Shown: positions 10,272 through 19,697, numbered from the stretch's first letter. The stretch is DNA of 64,000 nt from an uncultured Candidatus Saccharibacteria bacterium (GCA_964348785.1 CAYGDO010000005.1:1188-65187), one strand, 5' to 3'. Program-made: numbers and translations. Notes: generated by a model not told the origin, from the letters alone.

Positions 10272-11096
10272 ATGAATACACGAGAAAGTGCGGAAAAGGC
10301 TCTTCGGACGTTCAGCTTCAGTGGCCAGGCACGGCAGATTTCTGTTCCCATTGCTACGGCAACTCAGGGGATGATGCTCGGGTTTCAACCTTTCGGCGTC
10401 GTTTCTTGTTCGTTGGAAGATGGCCGGGACCTTCTGGTCGTTTCGGCCTACTACGAGTCGGCGGTGTGCCTCGCTAAAGTTCGGGTGATTGGCGAGTACC
10501 TCGATTTCGATGTGGAATGGGTCCGTGGTGCCAAGAACACTGTCCGGCTTTTCCCCAACCTCGACCCGGTCGTCGGCGGTAATCGTTGTTACGTCGCTTA
10601 CATCGACAATGATGGGAACATTGTTGTCGGTCGCGGGGAACGCAAGCTCTATGTGCTCGAACGGAGCGCCGAAGGTTGGGAGTACAACGGCAAGATGATT
10701 CAACTGCCGGATCACGACAGTGGCGAGTACTTCTACGTGGTTTACGCGAACGAGGTCGAGCCGGGGGTCATTGAGACCAACGAGCATGATGCTCGCGCGC
10801 GTTGGCAGATGCGACGTTATGGTCTACGGAAGACAGGCCTTTGGGAGGTGATAACTGATATCGACCTTCCCCAGTTTTGTCATCGGTGTGCTCCCCGGGA
10901 GGATATCCTTTCGGTTTTCGATCGAAGGGTAATTTCTCGGTCTGGAATAAGCGGGAAAACGTTTGAAGTTTCAGGCACTGGCGTGGCACCACTTTCAAGC
11001 GGCGGTCACGTCGTTGTCGACTACGGTCAATACGAACCCTCAAGTCCCTTCAATGGGGCGCCTGGTTCGCTCACCTACATTCCTCCGGCTTCGTAG
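10272..11096 (+). CDS. Hypothetical protein encoded in a high-GC (about 55-58% GC) island. Strand and frame are uncertain.
   Basis: Longest ORF (274 aa) within a compositionally foreign roughly 1 kb segment. Several overlapping ORFs are open on both strands, as expected for GC-rich DNA. No recognisable domain. An AT-rich promoter-like stretch lies immediately upstream. Confidence 0.4.
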   Translation: MNTRESAEKALRTFSFSGQARQISVPIATATQGMMLGFQPFGVVSCSLEDGRDLLVVSAYYESAVCLAKVRVIGEYLDFDVEWVRGAKNTVRLFPNLDPVVGGNRCYVAYIDNDGNIVVGRGERKLYVLERSAEGWEYNGKMIQLPDHDSGEYFYVVYANEVEPGVIETNEHDARARWQMRRYGLRKTGLWEVITDIDLPQFCHRCAPREDILSVFDRRVISRSGISGKTFEVSGTGVAPLSSGGHVVVDYGQYEPSSPFNGAPGSLTYIPPAS

Positions 11097-11163
11097 CTGG
11101 CTATCGGTTCTTTCAGCCCTGTCGCTTCTCGCGTCGGGGCTTTTTTATTGTTACTATTTTAAA

Positions 11164-11994
11164 ATGTTTGGTTTTATTTTGGCAATTTCTGGAAGTTTGT
11201 TTAATGAATTATCTGACACGATAGGCAAGAAAAAGATTGAAGATAAAAAAGTAGGTGTTTACACAATTGGTTTTTTGACTGTTATTTTCGGTTTTGTTTT
11301 TTATGCTGTTTCTGCTTACTTTAGAAATTCTTTTGTTTTTTCTTTAGATTCTTTGCCGACTTTTGTCGTGAGAATGATTGCAGAAACTATTTTAAATTAT
11401 GTTGTTATAAACGCTTTAGCAAAAGCCGATCGTAGCACTTTTGGCTTTGTAAGATCTCTTACAATCCCGCTTCTTTTGATTACTGATTTGTTTATGGGTT
11501 ATTCCATATCAAACACTAAGTTGTTGGGCATTTTTATAATTTTTGTTTCTATTTTTTTTATCTTTTTCTCTAAGGACATAAATAAAAAAGGTATAGGTTT
11601 ACTTGTGACTGGTTCGATTTTAGCTGTTATTACTTTGTCTATTTATAAGTATGATATTAAGCATTTTAATTCTGTTGAAGGAGAACAAATGATGGCTTCA
11701 TTGATAAACATCATTTTCTTTTTCTTGATGGCAAAATTTAAGGATAAAGAAAATCCATTCATTTTTCTTAAAAAACCAATTTTCCTTGCGCAAGCAATTT
11801 TTAGTGGGTTTTCTTCTGTTTTGGGAGGTTTTGCTTATCTTTTTGGTTCGCCGTCCGTTATTGTTACGACTTTAAGAGGAAGCGCCATATTATTTTCTAC
11901 TTTGTCAGGAGATTTTTATTTTAAAGAAAAGAAACTATCTACGAAATTGGCACTATCTTTTTCTATTGTTATTGGTTTGATTTTTTTAATCTAA
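11164..11994 (+). CDS. Multi-pass membrane protein (EamA/DMT-like topology). Track ORF 10963..11994 is a 5' over-extension into the high-GC island.
   Basis: Starting at the ATG at 11164 (MFGFILAISG...) gives roughly 8-10 hydrophobic helices. The upstream ORF part lies in foreign-composition DNA. Confidence 0.5.
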   Translation: MFGFILAISGSLFNELSDTIGKKKIEDKKVGVYTIGFLTVIFGFVFYAVSAYFRNSFVFSLDSLPTFVVRMIAETILNYVVINALAKADRSTFGFVRSLTIPLLLITDLFMGYSISNTKLLGIFIIFVSIFFIFFSKDINKKGIGLLVTGSILAVITLSIYKYDIKHFNSVEGEQMMASLINIIFFFLMAKFKDKENPFIFLKKPIFLAQAIFSGFSSVLGGFAYLFGSPSVIVTTLRGSAILFSTLSGDFYFKEKKLSTKLALSFSIVIGLIFLI

Positions 11995-12033
11995 ATATTG
12001 CTTTATTTCTTAAGGCGTAAGATAATCTTTCTT

Positions 12034-14283
12034 ATGGAAAATTTTTTAAGAAAATCAATAATTGGACTTTTGTTTTTATCAGTTTTGACACCTTTTATAG
12101 TGGCGGAAACAATGTTTTTCCCATTTATAACAGGCAAGAATTTCTTTTTTAGAATCCTGACTGAGATTGCCTTTTTTTTGTGGTTATCTTTGATGTTGTA
12201 TAAACCTCAATTTAGGCCAAGATTTTCTTTTATTTCTGTTGCTTTGGTGATATTTACGACTATTGTGTTGATTGCCGATATTTTTGCTGAAAATCCAGCT
12301 AAAGCTTTTTGGAGCAATTTTGAAAGAATGGAAGGATTTGTGACTATGATTCATCTTCTGGCTTATTTTATAGTCATCGGTTCAGTATTTAACACAAAAA
12401 AGCTATGGATGTGGTTTGCAAGAGCTTATGTTAGCAGTAGTTTTTTGATGAGTCTTTTCTCAAGCGGACAATTGTTCTTCAATTCTAGTTTCTATAAAAA
12501 TAGTATAAGTGGCAGTTTGGGAGAGTCCACAGCAAAATTTTTAGGAGATTTTTTTGTAATCAATCAAGGAGGTGTTCGTGTTGATGGTAGGTTAGGTAAT
12601 GCAGCATATCTTGCAGGTTTTCTTTTGATTAGCTTTTTTGTAGCCTTGTTTTTGGTTTATAAAGACAAAATAAGAAATTGGAGAATTTTTTATATTATTG
12701 CTTTATTGCTAAATCTTTTTGTTTTGTATAGCACGGCGACAAGAGGGGCGATTCTTGGACTGTTTGGTGGATTATGCGCTACGGGTATTTTAATTTTGAT
12801 TTTTGAAAAAAAGGATATTTTGATAAGAAAAATATCAATGATAGCGCTTGGTATTGTAATCGTGTCAGGACTTTTTGTTTTTGTGGCTAAGGATTCTGAT
12901 TTTGTAAAACAAAATCCTACTCTGTCGCGCCTCTCAACGATTTCTATAAAAAGCGGTGACGCCCAAGCTCGTTTTATGATTTGGAATATGGCATTTGAAG
13001 GTTTTAAAGAGAGGCCAATTTTGGGTTGGGGACAAGAAGGTTTTAATTTTGTCTTCAATAAATATTTTGACCCTAAAATGCACAATAGGGAACAGTGGTT
13101 TGATAGGACTCATAATATCTTTTTTGACTGGTTAATTTCCGCTGGTATCTTTGGTCTTTTGTCTTATCTATCACTTTTAGTTTTGATTTTTGTTTATATT
13201 TGGAAAGTTAAAGGTTTACCGGAATCCAAGTTTGGTTTTTCTATATCAGAGAAAGCCATTCTCACTGGTTTAGTGTTGGCTTATGCTTTTCATAACATCT
13301 TTGTTTTTGACAACATTGTGAGTTATCTAATGTTCTTCTCTTTGTTGGCTTTTTTCCATCACGATCGATCTTCAGAGTTTAAGAAAATTGATTATAAAAA
13401 CGAAGTTGCCGTTGGAGACATAAAAAGTTTCTACGGGCCAATATTTTTGGTGTTGTTTTTGCTAACCGTTTATTTTGTTAATGGAAAAGCATTTATGGCA
13501 TCAGGTGATTTGATTAAAGCTTTGAAATCTCAAAAAGAGGGTGTAAATAAAAATTTAGATATTTTGGAAAAGGCTCTAAGTCACAATTCTTTTGCTAATC
13601 AGGAAATTAGAGAGCAAATGTATCAGATGGCTGTTACCATTAATTCACCGAACATAAATATTGATGGAGCTATAAAATCTAGATCTCTCGCCTTGGCAGA
13701 AAAAGAGTTACGAAAACAAGTAGTGGAGACACCAACAGACGCTAGGGGGTATGTATTTTTGGGATCTCTTCTATCATTTGTTGGCAATAGAACTGATGCA
13801 GTTAATTTTATGGAGACTGCTTTAAAACTTTCTCCAAAGAAACAGGTGATTAAGCTGGCGTTAGCTGAAAATTATTTAAAATTAGGAGATGGTGAAAAAT
13901 CTTTCACACAAGCAAGGGAAGCATATGAGCTCGCTCCACAGTTTAGAGATTTGGCTACTAATTTTAGTATTTTTGCTATTTATACAGGAAAACTCGATGA
14001 GGCTAAAAAGGTGCTTATTAAAGAGTATGGTACAGAGTTTCCTTTAGAACCTAGAATTTTGAAAGCCTACTCTGACATTGGTTATAGACAAAAAGTTCTT
14101 GATGCTATTAGACAAAATATAACTAAAACTCCAGATAATACTGAATTATACATACTGTTGGCACAGATATATTTAGACGGTGGGATGAAGCAGGGTGCTA
14201 TAGATGCCCTAAGAAGCGGTATAAAAAATGTCCCTTCTTTTAAGGACCAAGGAGAGCAATATATTAAACAAATTAGTTCGTAA
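12034..14283 (+). CDS. O-antigen ligase-like (Wzy_C) polytopic membrane protein with a C-terminal TPR repeat domain.
   Basis: Many TM helices; the YSTATRGAILGLFGG region resembles the Wzy_C/O-antigen ligase loop. The C-terminal roughly 250 aa are TPR-like (LALAENYLKLGDGEKSFTQAREAYELAP...). The track start at 11998 is a TTG; ATG at 12034. Confidence 0.65.
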   Translation: MENFLRKSIIGLLFLSVLTPFIVAETMFFPFITGKNFFFRILTEIAFFLWLSLMLYKPQFRPRFSFISVALVIFTTIVLIADIFAENPAKAFWSNFERMEGFVTMIHLLAYFIVIGSVFNTKKLWMWFARAYVSSSFLMSLFSSGQLFFNSSFYKNSISGSLGESTAKFLGDFFVINQGGVRVDGRLGNAAYLAGFLLISFFVALFLVYKDKIRNWRIFYIIALLLNLFVLYSTATRGAILGLFGGLCATGILILIFEKKDILIRKISMIALGIVIVSGLFVFVAKDSDFVKQNPTLSRLSTISIKSGDAQARFMIWNMAFEGFKERPILGWGQEGFNFVFNKYFDPKMHNREQWFDRTHNIFFDWLISAGIFGLLSYLSLLVLIFVYIWKVKGLPESKFGFSISEKAILTGLVLAYAFHNIFVFDNIVSYLMFFSLLAFFHHDRSSEFKKIDYKNEVAVGDIKSFYGPIFLVLFLLTVYFVNGKAFMASGDLIKALKSQKEGVNKNLDILEKALSHNSFANQEIREQMYQMAVTINSPNINIDGAIKSRSLALAEKELRKQVVETPTDARGYVFLGSLLSFVGNRTDAVNFMETALKLSPKKQVIKLALAENYLKLGDGEKSFTQAREAYELAPQFRDLATNFSIFAIYTGKLDEAKKVLIKEYGTEFPLEPRILKAYSDIGYRQKVLDAIRQNITKTPDNTELYILLAQIYLDGGMKQGAIDALRSGIKNVPSFKDQGEQYIKQISS

Positions 14284-14446
14284 AGTTTTGACTATTTTTC
14301 GGTTTTTTGTTTGACCTTTATTTAGAACATAAATTAGGGCGGACTTTGGCTTGTGTTGTATAATCTTTATAAGTTTGACTGGCCAATTACTAAACTGGTT
14401 GTGGGGTCTGTTAAATTATTTTTTCTAACAATATCTAAATATCAAA

Positions 14447-15871
14447 ATGCTCGTAGAAGAAAAAGTTTCCTTAAAAGAGTTGACTACTATGAAAACTGGG
14501 GGAGAGGCCAAGTATTTTTGTGTTGTTAGAAAAAAGAATGACGTAATTGAGGCGATCTCTTTTTCAAAGAAAAATAACACTCCATTTTTTATTTTGGGTG
14601 GAGGGTCTAATATAGTTGTTTCTGATAGTGGATTTTCTGGTTTGGTTATTAAAAATATGATAAGGGGTTTGGATTTTGAAGACCAGGATGGAGGTTTCGT
14701 GAAAGTTAAAGCCGGGGCTGGTGAAAATTGGGATAATTTTGTATCTCAGGTGGTGGACGATGGTTTGTGGGGATTAGAAAATCTATCAGGTATTCCTGGA
14801 ACAGTTGGCGCATCCCCAGTCCAAAATATTGGTGCTTATGGTAGTGATGTTTCTAGTATTATTCATTCTGTTGAAATTTTTGATCCGGCAGTTATGGATT
14901 TTAGAATTATTTCTAAGGATCAATGTCGTTTTGGTTACAGAGATAGTATTTTTAAGAGACCGGAAGGAAAAAATTTTGTAGTGGTTAATGTTTTTTTTAA
15001 ACTTTGGAGGAAGGAACAATCAAATCTCGAGTATAAAGACTTAAAAGAGTATTTTAAAGATAGCAAGCCAAATCTCTTAGAAATTAGACAGGCTGTTTTA
15101 AAAATTAGAGCTGAAAAATTTCCGCCACTTCATCTTTACGGCACAGCGGGTTCTTTTTTTAAAAACCCAATAGTTGGTTTATCGGAACTCAGTTTGTTAA
15201 AAGACAAGTTTCCAGAAATTCCATCTTTCCCGCAAGGAAAGAATTTATTTAAAATCCCACTGGCTTGGATTTTGGATAAAGTGTGTGGATTTAGAGGTTT
15301 AAAAATGGAAAATGTTGGTCTGTATGATAAACAGCCATTAGTGTTGGTCAATTTTGGAGAGGCGACATTTCATGAAATTTTTGTTTTTGCTGAAAAGGTG
15401 AGGGAAGAGGTAAAAAGATTGACTGGTGTAAATATTGAGCGAGAGGTGGAATATATTGGTAAGGACGATTTGCCGAAAGAATACCAAAGTTGGTTTTGGA
15501 AGAACCTGTATAGTTTTTGGCCAAAATTAGTTTTTTCAGTACAACGTTTAGGTATTCATAAATTTAAACAGAATTATTTAATTGGTTTTCTAAAAGATGG
15601 TTGTAGACCCGAAGATTTTGCCAAATTTTTGCACGATCATGGATATTCGAAGGCCTATATGGCATGGAAAGATCCGGGAGAAATTTTAAGTATGAGAAAA
15701 ATTGTTAGATCTGTTTTTCAATATCATATTAGACTTTTTAATGACGGAGAAATTAGAGGGCATTATGAATATACTCCAGAAGCAAATCCTGTCGGTCACT
15801 TATTGGAATCAATTTTTACTTTCCCTAAAATTTATTTTGATCATTTATTATATAAATTCTTAAAAAAATAA
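14447..15871 (+). CDS. murB: UDP-N-acetylenolpyruvoylglucosamine reductase (MurB) with an uncharacterised roughly 170-aa C-terminal extension.
   Basis: FAD-binding N-terminus LKELTTMKTGGEAKYFCVVRKKNDVIEAISFSKKNNTPFFILGGGSNIVVSD. MurB is normally about 300 aa; this ORF is 474 aa. Confidence 0.75.
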   Translation: MLVEEKVSLKELTTMKTGGEAKYFCVVRKKNDVIEAISFSKKNNTPFFILGGGSNIVVSDSGFSGLVIKNMIRGLDFEDQDGGFVKVKAGAGENWDNFVSQVVDDGLWGLENLSGIPGTVGASPVQNIGAYGSDVSSIIHSVEIFDPAVMDFRIISKDQCRFGYRDSIFKRPEGKNFVVVNVFFKLWRKEQSNLEYKDLKEYFKDSKPNLLEIRQAVLKIRAEKFPPLHLYGTAGSFFKNPIVGLSELSLLKDKFPEIPSFPQGKNLFKIPLAWILDKVCGFRGLKMENVGLYDKQPLVLVNFGEATFHEIFVFAEKVREEVKRLTGVNIEREVEYIGKDDLPKEYQSWFWKNLYSFWPKLVFSVQRLGIHKFKQNYLIGFLKDGCRPEDFAKFLHDHGYSKAYMAWKDPGEILSMRKIVRSVFQYHIRLFNDGEIRGHYEYTPEANPVGHLLESIFTFPKIYFDHLLYKFLKK

Positions 15872-16016
15872 TTTTTGATCATTTACTATCAAAAAAAGTT
15901 ATCCACTTCTTTCAAATTATTTTTTTTGGACTATAATTAAGTTAATAGTCGTTTTGAATTTTTTTCTATTTCGTATTAGGAAAATTTTCAAGTTTTATCA
16001 ACCAATCTATTTCCAA

Positions 16017-16088
16017 ATGGCAAAGAAGAAAACGACAAAGAGAAAGACTACCAAGAAGACTAAGAAGAGCAAATCAAAGAAACGATAG
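16017..16088 (+). CDS. Possible micro-ORF encoding a 23-aa lysine-rich peptide (MAKKKTTKRKTTKKTKKSKSKKR).
   Basis: ATG...TAG in the secA upstream intergenic region, followed 18 nt later by a strong terminator hairpin. No obvious SD. It may instead be part of a small RNA. Confidence 0.2.
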   Translation: MAKKKTTKRKTTKKTKKSKSKKR

Positions 16089-16106
16089 TCTTTTATCTTT
16101 TTCTCC

Positions 16107-16137
16107 GCAAAAACCACTGACACTCAGTGGTTTTTGC
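16107..16137 (+). terminator. Rho-independent terminator, probably bidirectional.
   Basis: GCAAAAACCACTGA-CAC-TCAGTGGTTTTTGC: a 14-bp perfect stem, 3-nt loop, T-tract downstream and A-tract upstream. Confidence 0.7.
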
Positions 16138-16199
16138 TTTTAATTTTTGACTAACGGTCTGTGACCTTTGAGGTTAAAAAAATATGATTTTATGATAAT

Positions 16200-18686
16200 A
16201 TGGTTCTTATGTTTGAAGCTGTGAAGAATTTTTTCGGAGATAGTAATGTTAAAAAACTTAAGCCATTTGAGGTTATTTTGGCTAAAGTTAACTCTTTTGA
16301 GGACAGTGTCTCTAAGCTATCTGATGATGGTATAAAAGAAAAAACATTGGAATTTAAAAAGAGACTAAAGGAAGGCGAAAATGTCAATGATATTGCAGTT
16401 GAGGCTTTTGCTTTGGTTCGTGAAGTGGCCAATAGGACTTTGAAACAGAGACATTTTGACGTTCAGATTTTGGGAGGTCTGGTATTGAATAGTGGGGCTA
16501 TCGCCGAAATGAGGACAGGAGAAGGAAAAACTCAGGTTGCAACCCTTCCTGTTTATTTGAATGCTTTAACTGGAAAAGGAGTACACGTTGTAACTGTGAA
16601 CGATTACTTATCAAGAAGAGATGCTGTTTGGATGGGTCAAATTTATTCTGCTCTTGGTTTGTCTGTTGGAGTTATCAATCACGAGACCTCATTTATTTAT
16701 GATCCTAATCATCAAAACTTAGATAAAGAAAGAGATGATGTAGGCTCATTTAAAGTTGTCCATGAATTTTTGAGACCTTGTACGAGACGTGAAGCCTATG
16801 AAGCGGATATTACTTATGGAACAAATAATGAATTCGGTTTTGATTATTTGAGAGATAATCTTGAATATGAATCAGGCTCTTTGAGGCAGAGGGGACATCA
16901 CTTTGCTATTGTGGATGAAGTGGATTCTATTTTAATTGATGAAGCGAGAACTCCTCTTATTATTTCCGCTCCAACTGTTGAATCTGAAGATTTATATAAA
17001 GTTTTTGCAAAAATTGCCGACAAGCTTAAAAAAGATGAGGATTTTACAGTTGATGAAAAATGGAAATCTATCGCTCTTAAAGATTCTGGAATAGAGAAAG
17101 CGGAGAAATCTTTAGGCGTAGATAATATTTATACGGACAAAGGTATTAAATATGTTCATCACTTAGAAACCGCCATTCGCGCTAAGGCACTTTTTGAAAA
17201 GGACAAAGAATATGTTGTAAAAGACGATGAGATTGTCATAGTAGATGAATTTACAGGAAGACTTCAGCCAGGGAGGCGTTGGAGTGAAGGACTTCACCAA
17301 GCCATAGAAGCCAAAGAAGGCGTTAGGATTCAGAAAGAATCTAGAACTTTTGCTTCTATCACATTCCAAAATTATTTTAGGTTGTATGAAAAATTGTCTG
17401 GTATGACAGGAACTGGACTTACTTCATCTGAAGAATTTTTTAAAGTCTATGGTTTAGACGTCATGTCCATTCCTACAAATAAACCTTTAACTAGAAAAGA
17501 TTCTCAAGATCAAATTTTCCAAACAGAAAAGGGGAAATTTATGGCCATTGCGAGAAAAGTTAAAGAATTAAATAAAAACGGACAGCCGGTGCTCATTGGT
17601 ACAGTCTCAATAGAAAAAAATGAACTTTTGTCCGAGTATTTAAAAAGAGAAGGGGTAGAGCATACAGTTTTGAATGCAAAAAATCATGAAAGAGAGGGAG
17701 AGATTATTGCTCAAGCCGGTAAAGTTGGGGCCGTCACTATAGCTACGAATATGGCAGGTCGTGGAGTCGATATAAAACTTGGAGGGAATCCTTCAACTCC
17801 AGCTCTTTATGAAGAAATAAAATCTATAGGAGGTCTTTTTGTTCTTGGTACTGAAAGACATGAAGCAAGAAGAATTGATAATCAGCTTAGAGGTAGATCT
17901 GGAAGACAGGGTGATCCTGGAGAAACTCAGTTTTTTGTTTCTATGGAGGATTCTTTGATGAGAATTTTTGCTGCCGATATGATTAAAAAGATGATAGGTT
18001 CTTTTGGTATGCCTGAAGATATGCCAATAGAGCATTCTGTTATTACTAGATCATTAGAAACTGCTCAGACAAAAATAGAGGGTTTCAACTTTGATGCCAG
18101 AAAACAAGTTTTGGAATTTGATGATGTTTTAAATCATCAGAGAAAAATAATTTACGAAAAAAGAAGGCAGGTTTTAACTGGTTCAAATCAAGATATTGAG
18201 AATAGATTGATTGAGATGGGTGGAGGTAACGCTGATGTGTCAAAAACTATTGAAGAAAGGAAAAAGGAAATTGGCGAAGAAAATTTCTTTAATATGGCAC
18301 GAGGTCTCATTTTGCAGGTCAATGATTTATTCTGGGTGGATCATTTGGAACTGATGGAATATGCAAGAGGTAGTGTAAATCTAAGAGCTTATGGCCAAAG
18401 AGATCCTTTAGTTGAATACAAAAAAGAAGGTTTAAGATTGTTTAAAGAAATGGAGCAAGGTGTGGCCGATAAAGTTTTGAGCATTCTCCCTTCTCTTGGA
18501 GGAACAGTCTCAAAGATTAATGTTGATGAAAAAAGAAAATTAGAGGAAGTTCATGAAAATGCTCGAATGATAGGAGGAGAAAGCGATACGAAGAGCAATG
18601 TCGGTTCTTCTTCTAATAAAGTTGGCCGAAACGATCCTTGCCCTTGTGGTAGTGGCAAGAAATATAAAAAATGTCACGGGGCGTAA
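16200..18686 (+). CDS. secA: Preprotein translocase ATPase SecA.
   Basis: Canonical SecA DEAD-motor motifs (LGGLVLNSGAIAEMRTGEGKT, VVTVNDYLSRRDA, FAIVDEVDSILIDEARTPLIIS, MTGTG, TNMAGRGVDIKLGG) and the C-terminal zinc finger CPCGSGKKYKKCHG. The start may be the ATG at 16209. Confidence 0.95.
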   Translation: MVLMFEAVKNFFGDSNVKKLKPFEVILAKVNSFEDSVSKLSDDGIKEKTLEFKKRLKEGENVNDIAVEAFALVREVANRTLKQRHFDVQILGGLVLNSGAIAEMRTGEGKTQVATLPVYLNALTGKGVHVVTVNDYLSRRDAVWMGQIYSALGLSVGVINHETSFIYDPNHQNLDKERDDVGSFKVVHEFLRPCTRREAYEADITYGTNNEFGFDYLRDNLEYESGSLRQRGHHFAIVDEVDSILIDEARTPLIISAPTVESEDLYKVFAKIADKLKKDEDFTVDEKWKSIALKDSGIEKAEKSLGVDNIYTDKGIKYVHHLETAIRAKALFEKDKEYVVKDDEIVIVDEFTGRLQPGRRWSEGLHQAIEAKEGVRIQKESRTFASITFQNYFRLYEKLSGMTGTGLTSSEEFFKVYGLDVMSIPTNKPLTRKDSQDQIFQTEKGKFMAIARKVKELNKNGQPVLIGTVSIEKNELLSEYLKREGVEHTVLNAKNHEREGEIIAQAGKVGAVTIATNMAGRGVDIKLGGNPSTPALYEEIKSIGGLFVLGTERHEARRIDNQLRGRSGRQGDPGETQFFVSMEDSLMRIFAADMIKKMIGSFGMPEDMPIEHSVITRSLETAQTKIEGFNFDARKQVLEFDDVLNHQRKIIYEKRRQVLTGSNQDIENRLIEMGGGNADVSKTIEERKKEIGEENFFNMARGLILQVNDLFWVDHLELMEYARGSVNLRAYGQRDPLVEYKKEGLRLFKEMEQGVADKVLSILPSLGGTVSKINVDEKRKLEEVHENARMIGGESDTKSNVGSSSNKVGRNDPCPCGSGKKYKKCHGA

Positions 18687-18691
18687 AGATT

Positions 18692-19216
18692 ATGAAAATT
18701 AATATTGCCTCACAAAATCCAGCAAAAGTGGGAGCATTAAAAGAGTTGATTCAAGATTATTCTTGTTTGAAAAACTCTAAGATTATTTCTACAGATGTGT
18801 CTTCCGGGGTGGATAATCAGCCTAAGTCTTTGGTGGAAACTATAAAGGGGGCGATGGGCAGGTCTTTAAATGCATACGGTGATTGCGATTATAGTTTCGG
18901 TATAGAATCAGGTTTGATGGAGGTGCCATATACTAAGACGGGTTACATGGATGTTTGTGTTTGTGCTATTTTTGATGGTAAGGAGTACCACTTAGGTCTT
19001 TCCTCTGCATGGGAGGTGCCGGAAAAGGTAGCTAAATATATTCTGAATGAAGGACTGGATATGAATGTTGCGGCTCACAAGGCTGGTTTAACCAGAAATA
19101 TCAAGGTAGGATCAGCGGAAGGATTAGTCGGTATAATGACCAAAGGAAGATTGACGAGAAAAGAATATACAAAAGAAGCAATTAGGATGGCTTTAATTCA
19201 TATTGATACAGAATGA
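18692..19216 (+). CDS. Non-canonical purine NTP phosphatase, YjjX/DUF84-like (inosine/xanthosine triphosphatase family).
   Basis: N-terminus MKINIASQNPAKVGALKE parallels YjjX MHQVVCATTNPAKIQA. About 175 aa. The in-frame upstream ATG at 18671 would overlap the secA stop. Confidence 0.5.
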   Translation: MKINIASQNPAKVGALKELIQDYSCLKNSKIISTDVSSGVDNQPKSLVETIKGAMGRSLNAYGDCDYSFGIESGLMEVPYTKTGYMDVCVCAIFDGKEYHLGLSSAWEVPEKVAKYILNEGLDMNVAAHKAGLTRNIKVGSAEGLVGIMTKGRLTRKEYTKEAIRMALIHIDTE

Positions 19217-19671
19217 ACTATAAGGAGCGTTACAAATTAATTCCCGAGGTTTTCCTTCTTCTGATCGACGGAGATAAAATTTTGCTTTCGAGGCGTTTTC
19301 AAACTGGCTATGAAGACGGGAATTATGGATTGCCTGCAGGTCACGGTGAGGACGGGGAAACCATGCGTCAAGGTGTGGTAAGAGAAGCTAAAGAAGAAAT
19401 TGGTATAGATATAAAAATTGATGATTTAGATTTCGCTCTGGTTCAACATCGATGGAGTTCGGATAAAAATAATCCACATGCTCGAGTTGGATTTTATTTT
19501 ACTGCCAGACAATATGGCGGCGAACCAATAAATAATGAGTTAGATAAATGTGACGATTTACAATGGTTTTTTCTTGATAAGTTGCCAATAAACACCATTG
19601 GCCATGTTCGTGTCGCCATTGAATGTTATATCAAAGGTCAGAAATATTCAGAGTTTGGGTGGGACAATTAA
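19213..19671 (+). CDS. NUDIX hydrolase.
   Basis: Nudix box GHGEDGETMRQGVVREAKEEIGI (GX5EX7REUXEEXGU). Confidence 0.8.
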   Translation: MNYKERYKLIPEVFLLLIDGDKILLSRRFQTGYEDGNYGLPAGHGEDGETMRQGVVREAKEEIGIDIKIDDLDFALVQHRWSSDKNNPHARVGFYFTARQYGGEPINNELDKCDDLQWFFLDKLPINTIGHVRVAIECYIKGQKYSEFGWDN

Positions 19672-19697
19672 ACCGTATAAAAAATAGTGGAAAATCT

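Noticed and set aside
10215-11043. Minus-strand ORFs 10215..10787 and 10768..11043 and plus-strand ORF 10489..10698 in the high-GC island
   Set aside because: GC-rich DNA is depleted in stop codons on all frames. Coding strand and frame cannot be resolved from sequence alone, so only the longest plus-strand ORF is retained, at low confidence.
16168-16196. TTGAGG-17bp-TATGAT sigma70-like promoter immediately upstream of secA
   Set aside because: The -10 box ends 3 nt before the annotated ATG at 16200. It would only work with the downstream ATG at 16209 and a leaderless transcript. Too uncertain to call as a feature.
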